A DNA stretch of 64,000 nucleotides from Clostridia bacterium (GTDB lineage: Bacteria > Bacillota > Clostridia > UMGS1883): NCBI GenBank assembly GCA_030527235.1, contig JAUNBL010000002.1:12124-76123 (forward strand), given 5' to 3'. Shown here in pieces: positions 1 to 12,394 of the stretch; the first letter of the stretch is position 1, and every line of letters starts with the position of its first letter. A program made the translations under genes and the position numbers. A model generated the notes under the pieces. It was not told where the DNA came from and did not search any database. It was given only the letters and a program-made list of their open reading frames with translations.

Positions 1-1
1 T

Positions 2-604
2 GGCATTGAGCGCAGCAGTCAGATTGCCATTGGTCTTGACAACGGCAATCCGCAGCTTTTACACGGTACACGGCGGACAAGCGCCTCCGCCTGGGGCGCA
101 AATGTGATGCGCGGCTATGATCCGCTTTTCTTTACAATAACAGTAAAAAGTAGCGGCTATCACGATATTATAGTATATAAGGTGGATGCTTCCGTGTGCT
201 TTGACAGAATAGTGATTGCTACCGGCAGCGAAGCGGCGGATGAATCGCTTATAGGACCTCCCGAGAGTCCGCATAATATTGCACGGGTATATCCACCGGC
301 AATCGGGCATCTGCCTGATAAAATCACAACTGCTTATGCAGAGGGAAAACCGATGTACAACGTCTCGTTCAACAAAAATAAGGCTGTGATTACAGTAACA
401 GCCGATACAGAAGCTTGTCTGATATTTACTCAGTATGACGAGGATGGCTCACTAATTAACACAAGGCTACACAATCAGCTTTTTACAGCGGGTGAAACTG
501 AAATAGAAATCGAGTTGGACGGCAAGGTATGCACAATGCTGTGGAACGGCGTTAAAGAAATGATACCGCTTACCGATAAAATCTTTATATACATAGGTCA
601 ATAG
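2..604 (+). CDS. 3' part of a larger secreted-protein gene (5' end lies upstream of the window); carries the recurrent C-terminal module
   Basis: The frame of listed ORF 104..604 stays open back to base 2; stop TAG at 602-604. The tail ...CLIFTQYDEDGSL...CTMLWNGVKEMIPL resembles the tails of four other large proteins in this window. A hairpin terminator follows. Confidence 0.6.
   Translation, partial: GIERSSQIAIGLDNGNPQLLHGTRRTSASAWGANVMRGYDPLFFTITVKSSGYHDIIVYKVDASVCFDRIVIATGSEAADESLIGPPESPHNIARVYPPAIGHLPDKITTAYAEGKPMYNVSFNKNKAVITVTADTEACLIFTQYDEDGSLINTRLHNQLFTAGETEIEIELDGKVCTMLWNGVKEMIPLTDKIFIYIGQ
356..601 (+). other. Recurrent C-terminal module, copy A
   Basis: YNVSFNKNKAVITVTADTEACLIFTQYDEDGSL...GETEIEIELDGKVCTMLWNGVKEMIPL; see finding 1. 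Confidence 0.5.
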
Positions 605-616
605 GTTTTCTGAAAG

Positions 617-660
617 AAACAACAGAGCTGCCTGCTTAGCGCCTGCTCTGTTGTTTTGTT
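617..660 (+). terminator. Intrinsic terminator after the partial + strand gene
   Basis: Perfect 12-bp stem aaacaacagagc (617-628) / gctctgttgttt (645-656) running into a T-rich tail. Confidence 0.5.
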
Positions 661-671
661 ATCAGCAGAAA

Positions 672-710
672 ACCGAGGCGGCACAGCCTTTTAAGCAATG
701 CCGCCTCGGT
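672..710 (-). terminator. Intrinsic terminator after the GH16 gene
   Basis: Perfect 12-bp stem accgaggcggca (672-683) / tgccgcctcggt (699-710). On the minus strand it is followed by TTTTCT and lies 30 nt past the stop at 742. Confidence 0.55.
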
Positions 711-741
711 AACATGTTTACTCCTGCGCGCATGGCGGCAT

Positions 742-2079
742 TTATTCATTTGCCTGCCATACGCGAACCCAATCGCACTCAAAATACGCGGGCCAGGGGG
801 TTGTAGTATCGGGCGCCCCGTCCCAGCCGTCTATCGCGAGGTTAATTATGATATACATACCGTCACTTTCGGATATGCGTGACTTATCGGTATACGTTTT
901 CCCAAGCTGTTTACCATCAAAATACCAAGACATTGAAGTAGGCGTCCACTTGTAGCCGTATGTATGGAAGTCTTCAGTCAAATCAACCCCCACGTCGCCA
1001 TGCGCCTGGTAGAACGACCCGGTATTGTCCCATGAGGGACCGTAGTGATAATTTGTGAGAACTTGACGTGGCTTGGAGCAGAGTATCTCGAACATGTCTA
1101 TCTCCGGAGGCCAGCCGTCCTTAAGCATCCAAAACGCAGGCCAAAGCCCTTTTCCCTTGGGCATCTTAAAGCTTCCCTCAAAATAACCGTAATTAAAATT
1201 CCATTTATGGTGAGTGTTAACAGCGCCGGTCGTGTAGTTTACGGGAATTGACTGTCCGCTAAACTGCGCCACTTTGCCCTCGGATTCCGGCTGTTTTATG
1301 TTTTCGCCCTTAAGTTTCAGAATTCCGTTCTCAACAATTACGTTCTCAGGCACACAATAACCCCCATGGTTATGTGTGGGACCCCACGAATAATTGTAGC
1401 TCCATTTGGTGGTATCAAGCTCGGTACCTTCAAAATCATCATTAAACACAAGGCTGTATTCCTCACCTATCGCCTCCGGCCTTGTCACACCGTTCGGGAT
1501 TTCAAGCGCGGGGAACTCTCTGCGCATAATTCCGCTGCCGGGGGTAACCGGAAGCGTTTTGTAAAGCTCTGTCATTTTTTCAATCAATGCCGCTCCCTCC
1601 TGCGCATCAATACTGTCCTTTGCACCGAATACACCGTTCGAGCCGATAAGACCGTTTGAAACGGCCACCTCGACAAAACTCAGTGCCCACGGTGAAATAG
1701 TGTCCGCATCCGTAAATGCAAGGTCACTGCCAACCGAAAGTTCGTTTTTTAGCTTGCGAAGGCCGCGGATAACCATTGTCACCGCTTCTTCTCTTGTTAC
1801 CGGCGCCGTCGGGTTTAAGCTTTTATTTTCCAGCATTGAGTAATCGATAATACCCGCAGCGAGCGCCCCTTGAGCAATATCCGAAAACTCATCCTCCACA
1901 TTAACATCGGAAAAAGAGTTTTCATAGATAAGCGAATTTACTTTCGCGACAGAGCACACATCCCTCAAAAAAACTATTTTTGTAAGCGAACCTTCCGCCG
2001 CGCCAATCGTGCCTATTCCAGTCACGGCAAGCACGATGCACAGAGCAGCTGTCAAAAGTATACCGAAGCTCTTTCTCAT
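742..2079 (-). CDS. Secreted GH16 beta-glucanase (laminarinase/lichenase-like) with N-terminal SLH repeats
   Basis: Start moved to the ATG at 2079 (MRKSFGILLTAALCIVLAV signal peptide, GGGGGG RBS). Two SLH-like repeats (FSDV...VTREEAVTMVIRGL; FTDADTISPWALSFVEVAVSNGLI). GH16 catalytic motif EIDMFE and WPAFWML. Confidence 0.85.
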   Translation of the reverse strand: MRKSFGILLTAALCIVLAVTGIGTIGAAEGSLTKIVFLRDVCSVAKVNSLIYENSFSDVNVEDEFSDIAQGALAAGIIDYSMLENKSLNPTAPVTREEAVTMVIRGLRKLKNELSVGSDLAFTDADTISPWALSFVEVAVSNGLIGSNGVFGAKDSIDAQEGAALIEKMTELYKTLPVTPGSGIMRREFPALEIPNGVTRPEAIGEEYSLVFNDDFEGTELDTTKWSYNYSWGPTHNHGGYCVPENVIVENGILKLKGENIKQPESEGKVAQFSGQSIPVNYTTGAVNTHHKWNFNYGYFEGSFKMPKGKGLWPAFWMLKDGWPPEIDMFEILCSKPRQVLTNYHYGPSWDNTGSFYQAHGDVGVDLTEDFHTYGYKWTPTSMSWYFDGKQLGKTYTDKSRISESDGMYIIINLAIDGWDGAPDTTTPWPAYFECDWVRVWQANE

Positions 2080-2092
2080 GATATCCCCCCTA

Positions 2093-5278
<3,186 letters not shown>

Positions 5279-5554
5279 TTAATTCTTTTTACGATATTCC
5301 TGCGCCTTGCCGAGCGGCATGGCACGCGTTATTCCGCTCCATAGCATAACTTTCACATAGCTGTTTTCAGGAACTGTAATATCGCGGATGAAGTCAAACG
5401 ACTGCTCTTTCGTTATCGAAACGGTCTTCATCGCCACATCCACAAGACTGCCATCCTCGTCGTACACGCCCACAAAAAGCTGCGCGTCGATAAATTCAAC
5501 GTCATCGTTTGGCACAACCGTAACAATATAATCGTCATACTCAATAACGGAATA
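5279..5554 (-). other. Recurrent C-terminal module, copy B
   Basis: YSVIEYDDYIVTVVPNDDVEFIDAQLFVGVYDEDGSLVDV...YVKVMLWSGITRAMPLGKAQEYRKKN. Confidence 0.5.
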
Positions 5555-8314
5555 GCTTGCATTGCTCATCTTCACGTTGAAAACCTTATGCTCGTCCCAA
5601 TCTGAAATGGTGTAAAAATATTTTGTTACCCCATCTTCCTCATCTGTTTGCAGCATCTCTCCGTCCACGCCCAAAACACTTTCGATTGTATACCCGACCG
5701 GCAGCTGTTCATCTGTAAAATAGCCTGCGGCGCCGTTTTCATCTGCCTCTATACAAGTAAAAATGTTCACATCGGAACGATTTGTTTTAATCGAATAATA
5801 CGGCGCCATACTTTCGTCTTTTTTACCTCCTATAATTGTGCCGGCATTATTCTTAGACTCGCTGCCTACAAAAGCCTCTATTTTTCCGCTAAAACTCAAA
5901 TCGCCTGCAAACTCCGTCTCCTCACTGACATAGCCCAAAACGCCGCCTACAGCGTCCACACCGCTTATATAGCTGCTCGCAACCGCACAATTTTCTACCC
6001 GAGAGTTTTTGGGAATATCTTCTATGTCGAAAAACAGGCTTGTAACACTTCCCGCTAAACCGCCGGTGCATCTCGAATATGTATCGGCTCCGACAACAAC
6101 GATATTCTCACCGAAGCATTCTGAGAGTTCTCCGCCGTATCCAACTACTCCTGCAACTGCTCCTATGTAACTTGTACCGATTATGCAGCTGTCTTTTATT
6201 GTAAGATTCTTTACAGTACCCGTCAGATTTGCAATTAATCCCTGAAATTCGTCCCCGCTTATAAACAAGTTTGAGATGGTATGCTTTTGACCGTCAAACA
6301 CTCCCGTAAACGGGTGTTCCCATGTTCCAATCGCAGTAAAGCCTTCAGTGTCTGCTCCTTCAGCAATACTGTCATAGAGTCCGTCATTGTCCGTGTCTTC
6401 CATAAACGGCTCGCCCATTGTAATATCATTTTTCAGCACTACCTTTTGTATGGAGCCTACAACATACTTGTTAAAACCTTCCGAAAAACGATGTAAGTCC
6501 TCAGCCGTATAAATCTCGTAAACGGTGTCCTTTTCCAGCATGGCGAGAAGCGCGTTTATGTTGCGCTGTGCATTGTCAATTTCATACTGTTCCGCACTAT
6601 CATCCGCAAAAACATCCTTTGCACGGTTTAGATTGTCAACAAATACCTCCCAAACAAACTCCGCTTCCTCACCGGGTTTTTCAAGCGGGTTTTCACCATA
6701 CCGCGCGGACGCGTCCGCAATCGCGGCAGAAAGCGCGCTCTTATCTGAGGCGTCTTCCGAGGAGACTGTCATTGCCTTAATAGCGATATTCCCAAAGCCA
6801 CCCTTGATTTTTTTTGTATCCATCCATTTTTTTGTCTGTGAAACCTTGTCGATGTCGTAAATATAGCTCTGCTCCGTCCGGCTTCCATAGCTAACCGCTG
6901 TTCCTGCATAATAATCAAACCCGCTTCTCTCCACTTGTATCTCCGACGGCTCGCCGTCCTCTGTAATCGTAAAAACCACCGAAAACTTGTCTCCCAAAGA
7001 AAGAGAAACCTGCTGCGCCAGCTCAATGCTCATATATCCGGGGGTCTCAAAGCTGCCTGACTGCACCGTGCAAAGCTCGCCCGACTCAGGATTATCGTCG
7101 GTTGGATTTTTATATACAGCCACAGTGTAGTCCACACACGAAGAAGATATCATGACAGAAAGCATATTAAGAGTCTCGTCTCTTTTGGCGGTAAAAAGAT
7201 TGGCCGCTTTTTCGCAGGTCACCATAGAATTGCAAACGGTGCCATCGTATTGATATATATGTTCATATGCGTTGCCGGGCATCATTTCAAAGAAGCCTAT
7301 TTCAACGATGCTGTTATCGTAGTAGGAAAGCCAGAAATAACCGTCATCGCCTCTTTGATTCTTATATGTGTCTTTAATAAGCCACGCGCCGCTCTTTTGC
7401 GGCATGTTTCGAGGGTCAAAGGAATTGAAATTATCATCCCAGCCGACAATAACAGAAGCATGAGAGGCCTGACCTTCCATGTCATTTTGGTAGCAAGAAC
7501 TGACATTGTTTTCATCAACGTACAAATCTCCGGGATAATACGCTACCGTGCACGCGCCGTAATCATAGATTCCCTTTTTGACCATTGCCACTTTGGCAGC
7601 GTTTTTGTCTGAATAAACGTCTTTATAATTCATGCTGATTTTTTTCATATTTTTCAGTCTGTAGTATGAAACAAATCGCTGCTCGTCCTCCAGACCGTAT
7701 GCGCTAAATTCGAAGGGCGTATCCTTATAAAGTTGCACACCCATCCCTGTGGCAAGCGCGGCGGCAGCGACAGAAGCATTTCCGCCCATCAGAGAGCCGT
7801 AATATCCCGTCGCCATGTGATCTCCCTCAATTCCGTCAACATCTACAGCCTCTTCATAAGCAAACGCGCCCAGGTGTACTGGAGAAAACGCTAATTCAGC
7901 GCTCCCGTATATTTCCGACAGCCACTCATCCTTTATCGGCAGTCCTTGCTTTAACACGCTGGATTCTGCGGATGCCATCGCCGCAAACGCCCAGCAATAT
8001 GCGGAAAACTCCTGGTGCTTTGAAACTGTCGAAAACCCATAATCACGCAAATCGTACGCCTCAGGATATGTCTCGGCAAGAACCATAAGCGAGGAGTTTG
8101 CTGACTTCTCCACTTCAACGCCGCGGCTGTCAACCACCTTTGTACGCAAGTATCCGCCGCCGTCCGAAGGCTCTTCAAATGCTATGTACTGCACGCTTTC
8201 CATTATATCGTCGGCAAGCTCATATTCCCAGTCCTTTTTCCCCGACACTCCCGGCGAGTTCACACTGAAAAAAAACGCTGCAATCAACATGCAAGACATC
8301 GCTCTTTGAAACAT
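5279..8314 (-). CDS. Secreted papain-like (C1 family) cysteine peptidase with a FIVAR-like helical region, GLUG repeats and the recurrent C-terminal module
   Basis: Signal peptide MFQRAMSCMLIAAFFFSV. Catalytic Cys context SAYCWAFAAMASAE, His context ASHASVIVGWDDN, and DDGYFWLSYYD. GLUG-like repeats (GAVAGVVGYGG, TGGLAGSV, VGGVLGYV). Tail VGVYDEDGSL...VMLWSGITRAMPL. Confidence 0.8.
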   Translation of the reverse strand: MFQRAMSCMLIAAFFFSVNSPGVSGKKDWEYELADDIMESVQYIAFEEPSDGGGYLRTKVVDSRGVEVEKSANSSLMVLAETYPEAYDLRDYGFSTVSKHQEFSAYCWAFAAMASAESSVLKQGLPIKDEWLSEIYGSAELAFSPVHLGAFAYEEAVDVDGIEGDHMATGYYGSLMGGNASVAAAALATGMGVQLYKDTPFEFSAYGLEDEQRFVSYYRLKNMKKISMNYKDVYSDKNAAKVAMVKKGIYDYGACTVAYYPGDLYVDENNVSSCYQNDMEGQASHASVIVGWDDNFNSFDPRNMPQKSGAWLIKDTYKNQRGDDGYFWLSYYDNSIVEIGFFEMMPGNAYEHIYQYDGTVCNSMVTCEKAANLFTAKRDETLNMLSVMISSSCVDYTVAVYKNPTDDNPESGELCTVQSGSFETPGYMSIELAQQVSLSLGDKFSVVFTITEDGEPSEIQVERSGFDYYAGTAVSYGSRTEQSYIYDIDKVSQTKKWMDTKKIKGGFGNIAIKAMTVSSEDASDKSALSAAIADASARYGENPLEKPGEEAEFVWEVFVDNLNRAKDVFADDSAEQYEIDNAQRNINALLAMLEKDTVYEIYTAEDLHRFSEGFNKYVVGSIQKVVLKNDITMGEPFMEDTDNDGLYDSIAEGADTEGFTAIGTWEHPFTGVFDGQKHTISNLFISGDEFQGLIANLTGTVKNLTIKDSCIIGTSYIGAVAGVVGYGGELSECFGENIVVVGADTYSRCTGGLAGSVTSLFFDIEDIPKNSRVENCAVASSYISGVDAVGGVLGYVSEETEFAGDLSFSGKIEAFVGSESKNNAGTIIGGKKDESMAPYYSIKTNRSDVNIFTCIEADENGAAGYFTDEQLPVGYTIESVLGVDGEMLQTDEEDGVTKYFYTISDWDEHKVFNVKMSNASYSVIEYDDYIVTVVPNDDVEFIDAQLFVGVYDEDGSLVDVAMKTVSITKEQSFDFIRDITVPENSYVKVMLWSGITRAMPLGKAQEYRKKN

Positions 8315-8356
8315 ATTCCCTCACTCACTCTCTCAAAAATTACCTTTAATGTTGAA

Positions 8357-8434
8357 AAGCTCTCACACTTTCAGGTGTAAGAGCTTCTCATTGTGCATTT
8401 GAGTACTCGAAATCTTGCATTTCTTCACCCTCCT
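8357..8434 (-). promoter_or_regulatory. Candidate leader-peptide plus hairpin attenuator in the 5' UTR of the peptidase gene
   Basis: RBS AGGAGGGTG (8434-8426), 5 nt, then ATG 8420. The uORF encodes MQDFEYSNAQ with stop TGA at 8390-8388. One nt later comes a 12-bp hairpin (8386-8357, one mismatch) followed by TTTTC. Confidence 0.3.
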
Positions 8435-8478
8435 GCAAATTAACGGCGCAAATCTTTTCCTTCGCACCTCGCACTATT

Positions 8479-8506
8479 ATTATAGCAGATTTTCAGAAGA
8501 ATGCAA
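8479..8506 (-). promoter_or_regulatory. Sigma-A-like promoter for the peptidase gene
   Basis: Minus strand reads TTGCAT, 16 nt, TATAAT. It would give a roughly 155-nt leader. Confidence 0.4.
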
Positions 8507-8515
8507 CACCTTTTT

Positions 8516-10747
8516 CTAAATTTTAGTGGCAGAAATTTTGGCAGGCACTATATTTTGTGCCTCCGCCAAAATATTTGCTGAATTTTTTTCAATTTTTATA
8601 TATGCAGCAAGTTTTCCACCGTTTGCAGCGCGGCAATTTTCTCGATACGGACGCAAATCGTCTATCTTGCCGTTTTCCAGTCCGAGCAGTTTTCCCCCTT
8701 CTACTGATACGGTTATAACAATTTCGGAGTTTGTAACGAGACGGCCTTCGCTGTCTTTTACAAAAATTTCAACATTCACACCGTCCTCACATACGGCTTC
8801 TATGTACGCTGCGGCGCCGCTCGTTTCTATGGCACAGCTTGCCGACCCCGCTATACATTCTATTTTTCCGCTTTCAAATGGAATTTCCCAATGCGCGGCG
8901 TAGTTTTCTACGGCGCATTTACCCATAGATTTGCCGTTCAGAAAAAGCTCTGCCTCACTCTGATTTGTAAAACACATAACATGTACTGTGTCTGTATTTT
9001 CATAGTTCCATGTCGGCGCGTCATTTCCGAAACGACGGCGGTCACGCCTCTCTTCGGCGCCGGCCTTGAATGTCGTAATATACGCACACGGCTCATCGCA
9101 CCACATCGCCCTGCGCATATAATAGCGCGGTTTTTCAAACCCCGCCGTGTTAAGCAAGCCCGCGCCTGAAATACGTATCGGCCATCCGTGCGCTTCTCCC
9201 AAATAGTCCACACCCGTCCAAAGGAACTGACCGCATATATAATCGTTGTCGCGCACCGCATACCACGCTTCGGGGCTGTGTGAATTCTCACTCCCGTATA
9301 TAACCCGTTTCGGATACTTCTCATGGTCCTTTGCGTACAGATGCTCCTTGTAATTATAGCCTGCAATGTCGGGAACGTCAGAATATCCTGTAATATTTGA
9401 AAGTTCCGGAAAAGCAAGCGCGGCTGTTACCGGGCGCGTCCTGTCGCACTCCCTGACATAGCTGCAAAGCCTTTGCGCAATCGTACGAAGGCGCTGCGCA
9501 TTGGGTTTGTTATAATCATACTCGCGCTCCGCAGCGGGTTTGTTCGCGTCATTATTTCCGGTCATTGAGGTAAAGGCAGGATGGCAGTACGGGTCATTCG
9601 GATAGTCCACCTCATTGCCTATGCTCCAGATGATTACCGAGGGATGGTTGCGGTCACGCTCAACCATTGCCTTAATATCCCGCTCTCCCCAGTCGTGAAA
9701 ATCCTCGAAATACCCGTTCTTTTTCGGAGGGTATACGTTATGCCCCTGCCACCATTTATTCTTCGGCCCCTCCCATTCGTCAAACGCCTCGTCCATAACG
9801 AGAAAGCCCATCTCATCACACAGTTCGAGCAGCGTTACATCAGGCGGGTTGTGGCTTGTCCGAATTGCGTTGCAGCCTGCCGCTCTCAGCTTGCACAGAC
9901 GGCGGCGCCACACCTCTTTGGGCACGGCAGCGCCAAGACAGCCTGCGTCATGGTGCAGACATACGCCCTTTATCTTCATCGGCTTTCCGTTCAGGAAAAA
10001 GCCCTTATCAGCATCAAACTCAAAGCTGCGTATGCCGAAAACAGTTTCTTCACAATCATCGCCCACGCTCGTTTTCAGCGTGTATAAATACGGCTGTTCC
10101 GGTGACCACAGATTCGGATTGGAAACCTCTAAAACACTTCCGCCTCTTGCAATCTCATTGCCCGAAGCATCGCAAATCACATTTGCGGCAGCTGCGCCGC
10201 CGGTTTTTGCTTCCACGTATACGCGCGCGGTTTGTCCATCGCAGTCCGTCGTCACAAATACTCCTCCCGGCAAGAGTGCGTCCGCCGCAGTTACGGTAAT
10301 GTATACGCGGCGGGTTATGCCGCTGCCGGTGTACCAGCGCGAATCAGCGCTATGAGCATGATTCACGCGCACAGCCAGGGTAATCGGCCGCTCAAAGTCC
10401 ACAAAGTCAGTTATCTCATATGTAAAGGTGCTGTAACCGTACGGACGCTTGCCCAGATAATTTGAGTTGCACCAGACCTGCGAATTGTTGTACACGCCTT
10501 CAAATGTAACGTACACCCGCTCACCCGCCTCAAAATCCACATCGGCACGAATTCTGTACCAGCCTTCACCCGCAGGCAGATACCCGGTACCGCTTGAATT
10601 GTCGGTCGAAAAATCCCCCTCTACCGCCCAGTCATGCGGAACTGACACTTCGCGCCATGTCGAATCGTCAAACCCGGCGTAATCCGCGCCGTTTTGCGCA
10701 CCCAAATGAAAACGCCACCCGTTTTCAAGAAAAATTTTCCGCCTCAT
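8516..10747 (-). CDS. GH2 family glycosidase (beta-galactosidase/beta-glucuronidase-like), cytoplasmic
   Basis: Start at ATG 10747 (MRRKIFLENGWRF, AAGGAGG RBS). GH2 sugar-binding N-terminus (WREVSVPHDW), IRTSHNPP and the acid/base motif IIWSIGNE. No signal peptide. Confidence 0.85.
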   Translation of the reverse strand: MRRKIFLENGWRFHLGAQNGADYAGFDDSTWREVSVPHDWAVEGDFSTDNSSGTGYLPAGEGWYRIRADVDFEAGERVYVTFEGVYNNSQVWCNSNYLGKRPYGYSTFTYEITDFVDFERPITLAVRVNHAHSADSRWYTGSGITRRVYITVTAADALLPGGVFVTTDCDGQTARVYVEAKTGGAAAANVICDASGNEIARGGSVLEVSNPNLWSPEQPYLYTLKTSVGDDCEETVFGIRSFEFDADKGFFLNGKPMKIKGVCLHHDAGCLGAAVPKEVWRRRLCKLRAAGCNAIRTSHNPPDVTLLELCDEMGFLVMDEAFDEWEGPKNKWWQGHNVYPPKKNGYFEDFHDWGERDIKAMVERDRNHPSVIIWSIGNEVDYPNDPYCHPAFTSMTGNNDANKPAAEREYDYNKPNAQRLRTIAQRLCSYVRECDRTRPVTAALAFPELSNITGYSDVPDIAGYNYKEHLYAKDHEKYPKRVIYGSENSHSPEAWYAVRDNDYICGQFLWTGVDYLGEAHGWPIRISGAGLLNTAGFEKPRYYMRRAMWCDEPCAYITTFKAGAEERRDRRRFGNDAPTWNYENTDTVHVMCFTNQSEAELFLNGKSMGKCAVENYAAHWEIPFESGKIECIAGSASCAIETSGAAAYIEAVCEDGVNVEIFVKDSEGRLVTNSEIVITVSVEGGKLLGLENGKIDDLRPYRENCRAANGGKLAAYIKIEKNSANILAEAQNIVPAKISATKI

Positions 10748-10790
10748 ATCAGGCACCTCCTTCAACTGCAAATTATTTTAGCATATTAAT

Positions 10791-10819
10791 TTGCAATTTG
10801 TAAACGGGTATGTTAAAAT
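10791..10819 (+). promoter_or_regulatory. Sigma-A-like promoter for the PII-like/antiporter pair
   Basis: TTGCAA, 17 nt, TAAAAT. Confidence 0.45.
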
Positions 10820-10851
10820 AAGTTCAAGAAATTTTTGAAAGGGTAATGATA

Positions 10852-11187
10852 ATGAAACTTGCTGTAATAGTACTCAACAAAACAGAGTGTCTTGACACCC
10901 TTCTCACTGAATTTGCCGGCAAGGGCATAAACGGAGCCACTATTCTTGAAAGCACCGGCATGGCTCATGCGCTTTCGGACGAAGGCGAGCTTAGGATAAT
11001 AGCCTCGCTCCGCGTACTGCTTGACCCGGAACGGCAGAAAAGCAAAACTATCTTCGCTGTTATCGAGAACGAGCAGCTTCCGCTGGTCTCATCCATAGTA
11101 AACGCCGTCACGGGCGGACTGGACAAACCGGACACGGGCATTTTGTTTGCCACGGATATTTCTTACGCGGAAGGACTTGAAAAATAG
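10852..11187 (+). CDS. PII-like (GlnB-fold) small signal-transduction protein
   Basis: The 111-113 aa sequence MKLAVIVLNKTECLDTLLTEFAGKGINGATILESTG follows the beta-alpha-beta PII pattern, with a T-loop-like insert and a second beta-alpha-beta unit. The ATG at 10852 has better RBS spacing than the one at 10846. The stop lies 3 nt before the antiporter ATG. Confidence 0.65.
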   Translation: MKLAVIVLNKTECLDTLLTEFAGKGINGATILESTGMAHALSDEGELRIIASLRVLLDPERQKSKTIFAVIENEQLPLVSSIVNAVTGGLDKPDTGILFATDISYAEGLEK

Positions 11188-11190
11188 ACC

Positions 11191-12357
11191 ATGTTCAATA
11201 CATTCATATATCTTGCTCTTATGATTTTTACGGCAATGGCATTTGGCAGGCTCGCCAAGCTGGCGCATCTGCCCAATGTGACAGGGTACATCGTGGCCGG
11301 CCTTATAATCGGTCCAAGCGTACTGGGTTTGATTCCCGAAAATGCCGTGGGCAGCTTTTCGATTATTTCCGAAATAGCTCTTGGGCTGATTGCGTTTTCC
11401 GTAGGCAGTGAATTTCGTATTTCCTACTTTCGCCGCGTCGGGGCCACGCCTATTATAATCGCCGCGTTTGAAGCGCTGCTTGCTTCTGTCTGCGTTACTG
11501 CGGCGCTTGTTCTGACCGGACACGATGTGGCGTTTTCGCTGCTTTTGGGTGCGATAGCTTCGGCAACCGCCCCCGCCGCAACTATTATGGTCATTAAACA
11601 GTATCGCGCCAAGGGTCCTGTTACCGAAACGCTTTTATCGGTTGTGGCGATTGACGATGCCGCCGCGCTGATGCTTTTCGGGATTGCCGTTTCCATAGCG
11701 CAGATGCTGCAATCTCCCCACGCGCGCTTTTCGGTCATGACTGTCGCAAAACCGCTATATGAGATAGCGTTATCGCTCCTTATAGGAGTTGCGCTCGGCT
11801 CGCTGCTGACGTTCTTTCTGCGTTTTTTCAAGAAAGACGGAAACCGAATCTCGCTAACCCTCGGTTTTGTGCTTTGCGGCGTAGGCGCTGCAGCCTATCT
11901 TAATTTATCATCTCTCTTGCTTTGCATGGCTCTCGGAATGGCTCTTTCCAACCTCTCCAAGGTCTCTACGGAAATCCTCCGTCTTACCGATTACGTAACA
12001 CCGCCTATATTTATGCTTTTTTTCGTGGACAGCGGCGCGGAGCTGAAGCTGAGTATTCTGCCCTCGATAGGCGTTATAGGTGTGCTGTACCTTATAAGCC
12101 GTGTAATAGGCAAATGTCTTGGCGCATACCTCGGCGCACGTATTGCCAAGGCGCCCGAAAATGTGCGCCGCTACCTTGGCGGAGCGCTTGTTCCGCAGGC
12201 CGGCGTTGCAATCGGTCTCTCACTTTTGGCAACACGTGTCGTTCCGATGTACGGCGACAGTATACGTGCCGTCATATTGTGCGGCACGCTTATCTACGAA
12301 TTGGTGGGTCCGGCGATAACAAAAATCTCGCTTAAGAAAGCCGGCGAAATACAGTAG
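11191..12357 (+). CDS. Cation:proton antiporter (CPA/Na_H_exchanger family), membrane domain only
   Basis: Polytopic membrane protein of 388 aa. The N-terminus LPNVTGYIVAGLIIGPSVLG is typical of KefB/NapA-like CPA2 proteins. No fused RCK/KTN domain. Confidence 0.85.
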   Translation: MFNTFIYLALMIFTAMAFGRLAKLAHLPNVTGYIVAGLIIGPSVLGLIPENAVGSFSIISEIALGLIAFSVGSEFRISYFRRVGATPIIIAAFEALLASVCVTAALVLTGHDVAFSLLLGAIASATAPAATIMVIKQYRAKGPVTETLLSVVAIDDAAALMLFGIAVSIAQMLQSPHARFSVMTVAKPLYEIALSLLIGVALGSLLTFFLRFFKKDGNRISLTLGFVLCGVGAAAYLNLSSLLLCMALGMALSNLSKVSTEILRLTDYVTPPIFMLFFVDSGAELKLSILPSIGVIGVLYLISRVIGKCLGAYLGARIAKAPENVRRYLGGALVPQAGVAIGLSLLATRVVPMYGDSIRAVILCGTLIYELVGPAITKISLKKAGEIQ

Positions 12358-12394
12358 ATTAGTAGATTAGCAGATTAAAGGAGGCGAACCCCTC

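Noticed and set aside
59-310. 83-aa minus-strand ORF at the window start
   Set aside because: It is antisense to the open plus-strand frame that continues from upstream, and it has no RBS.
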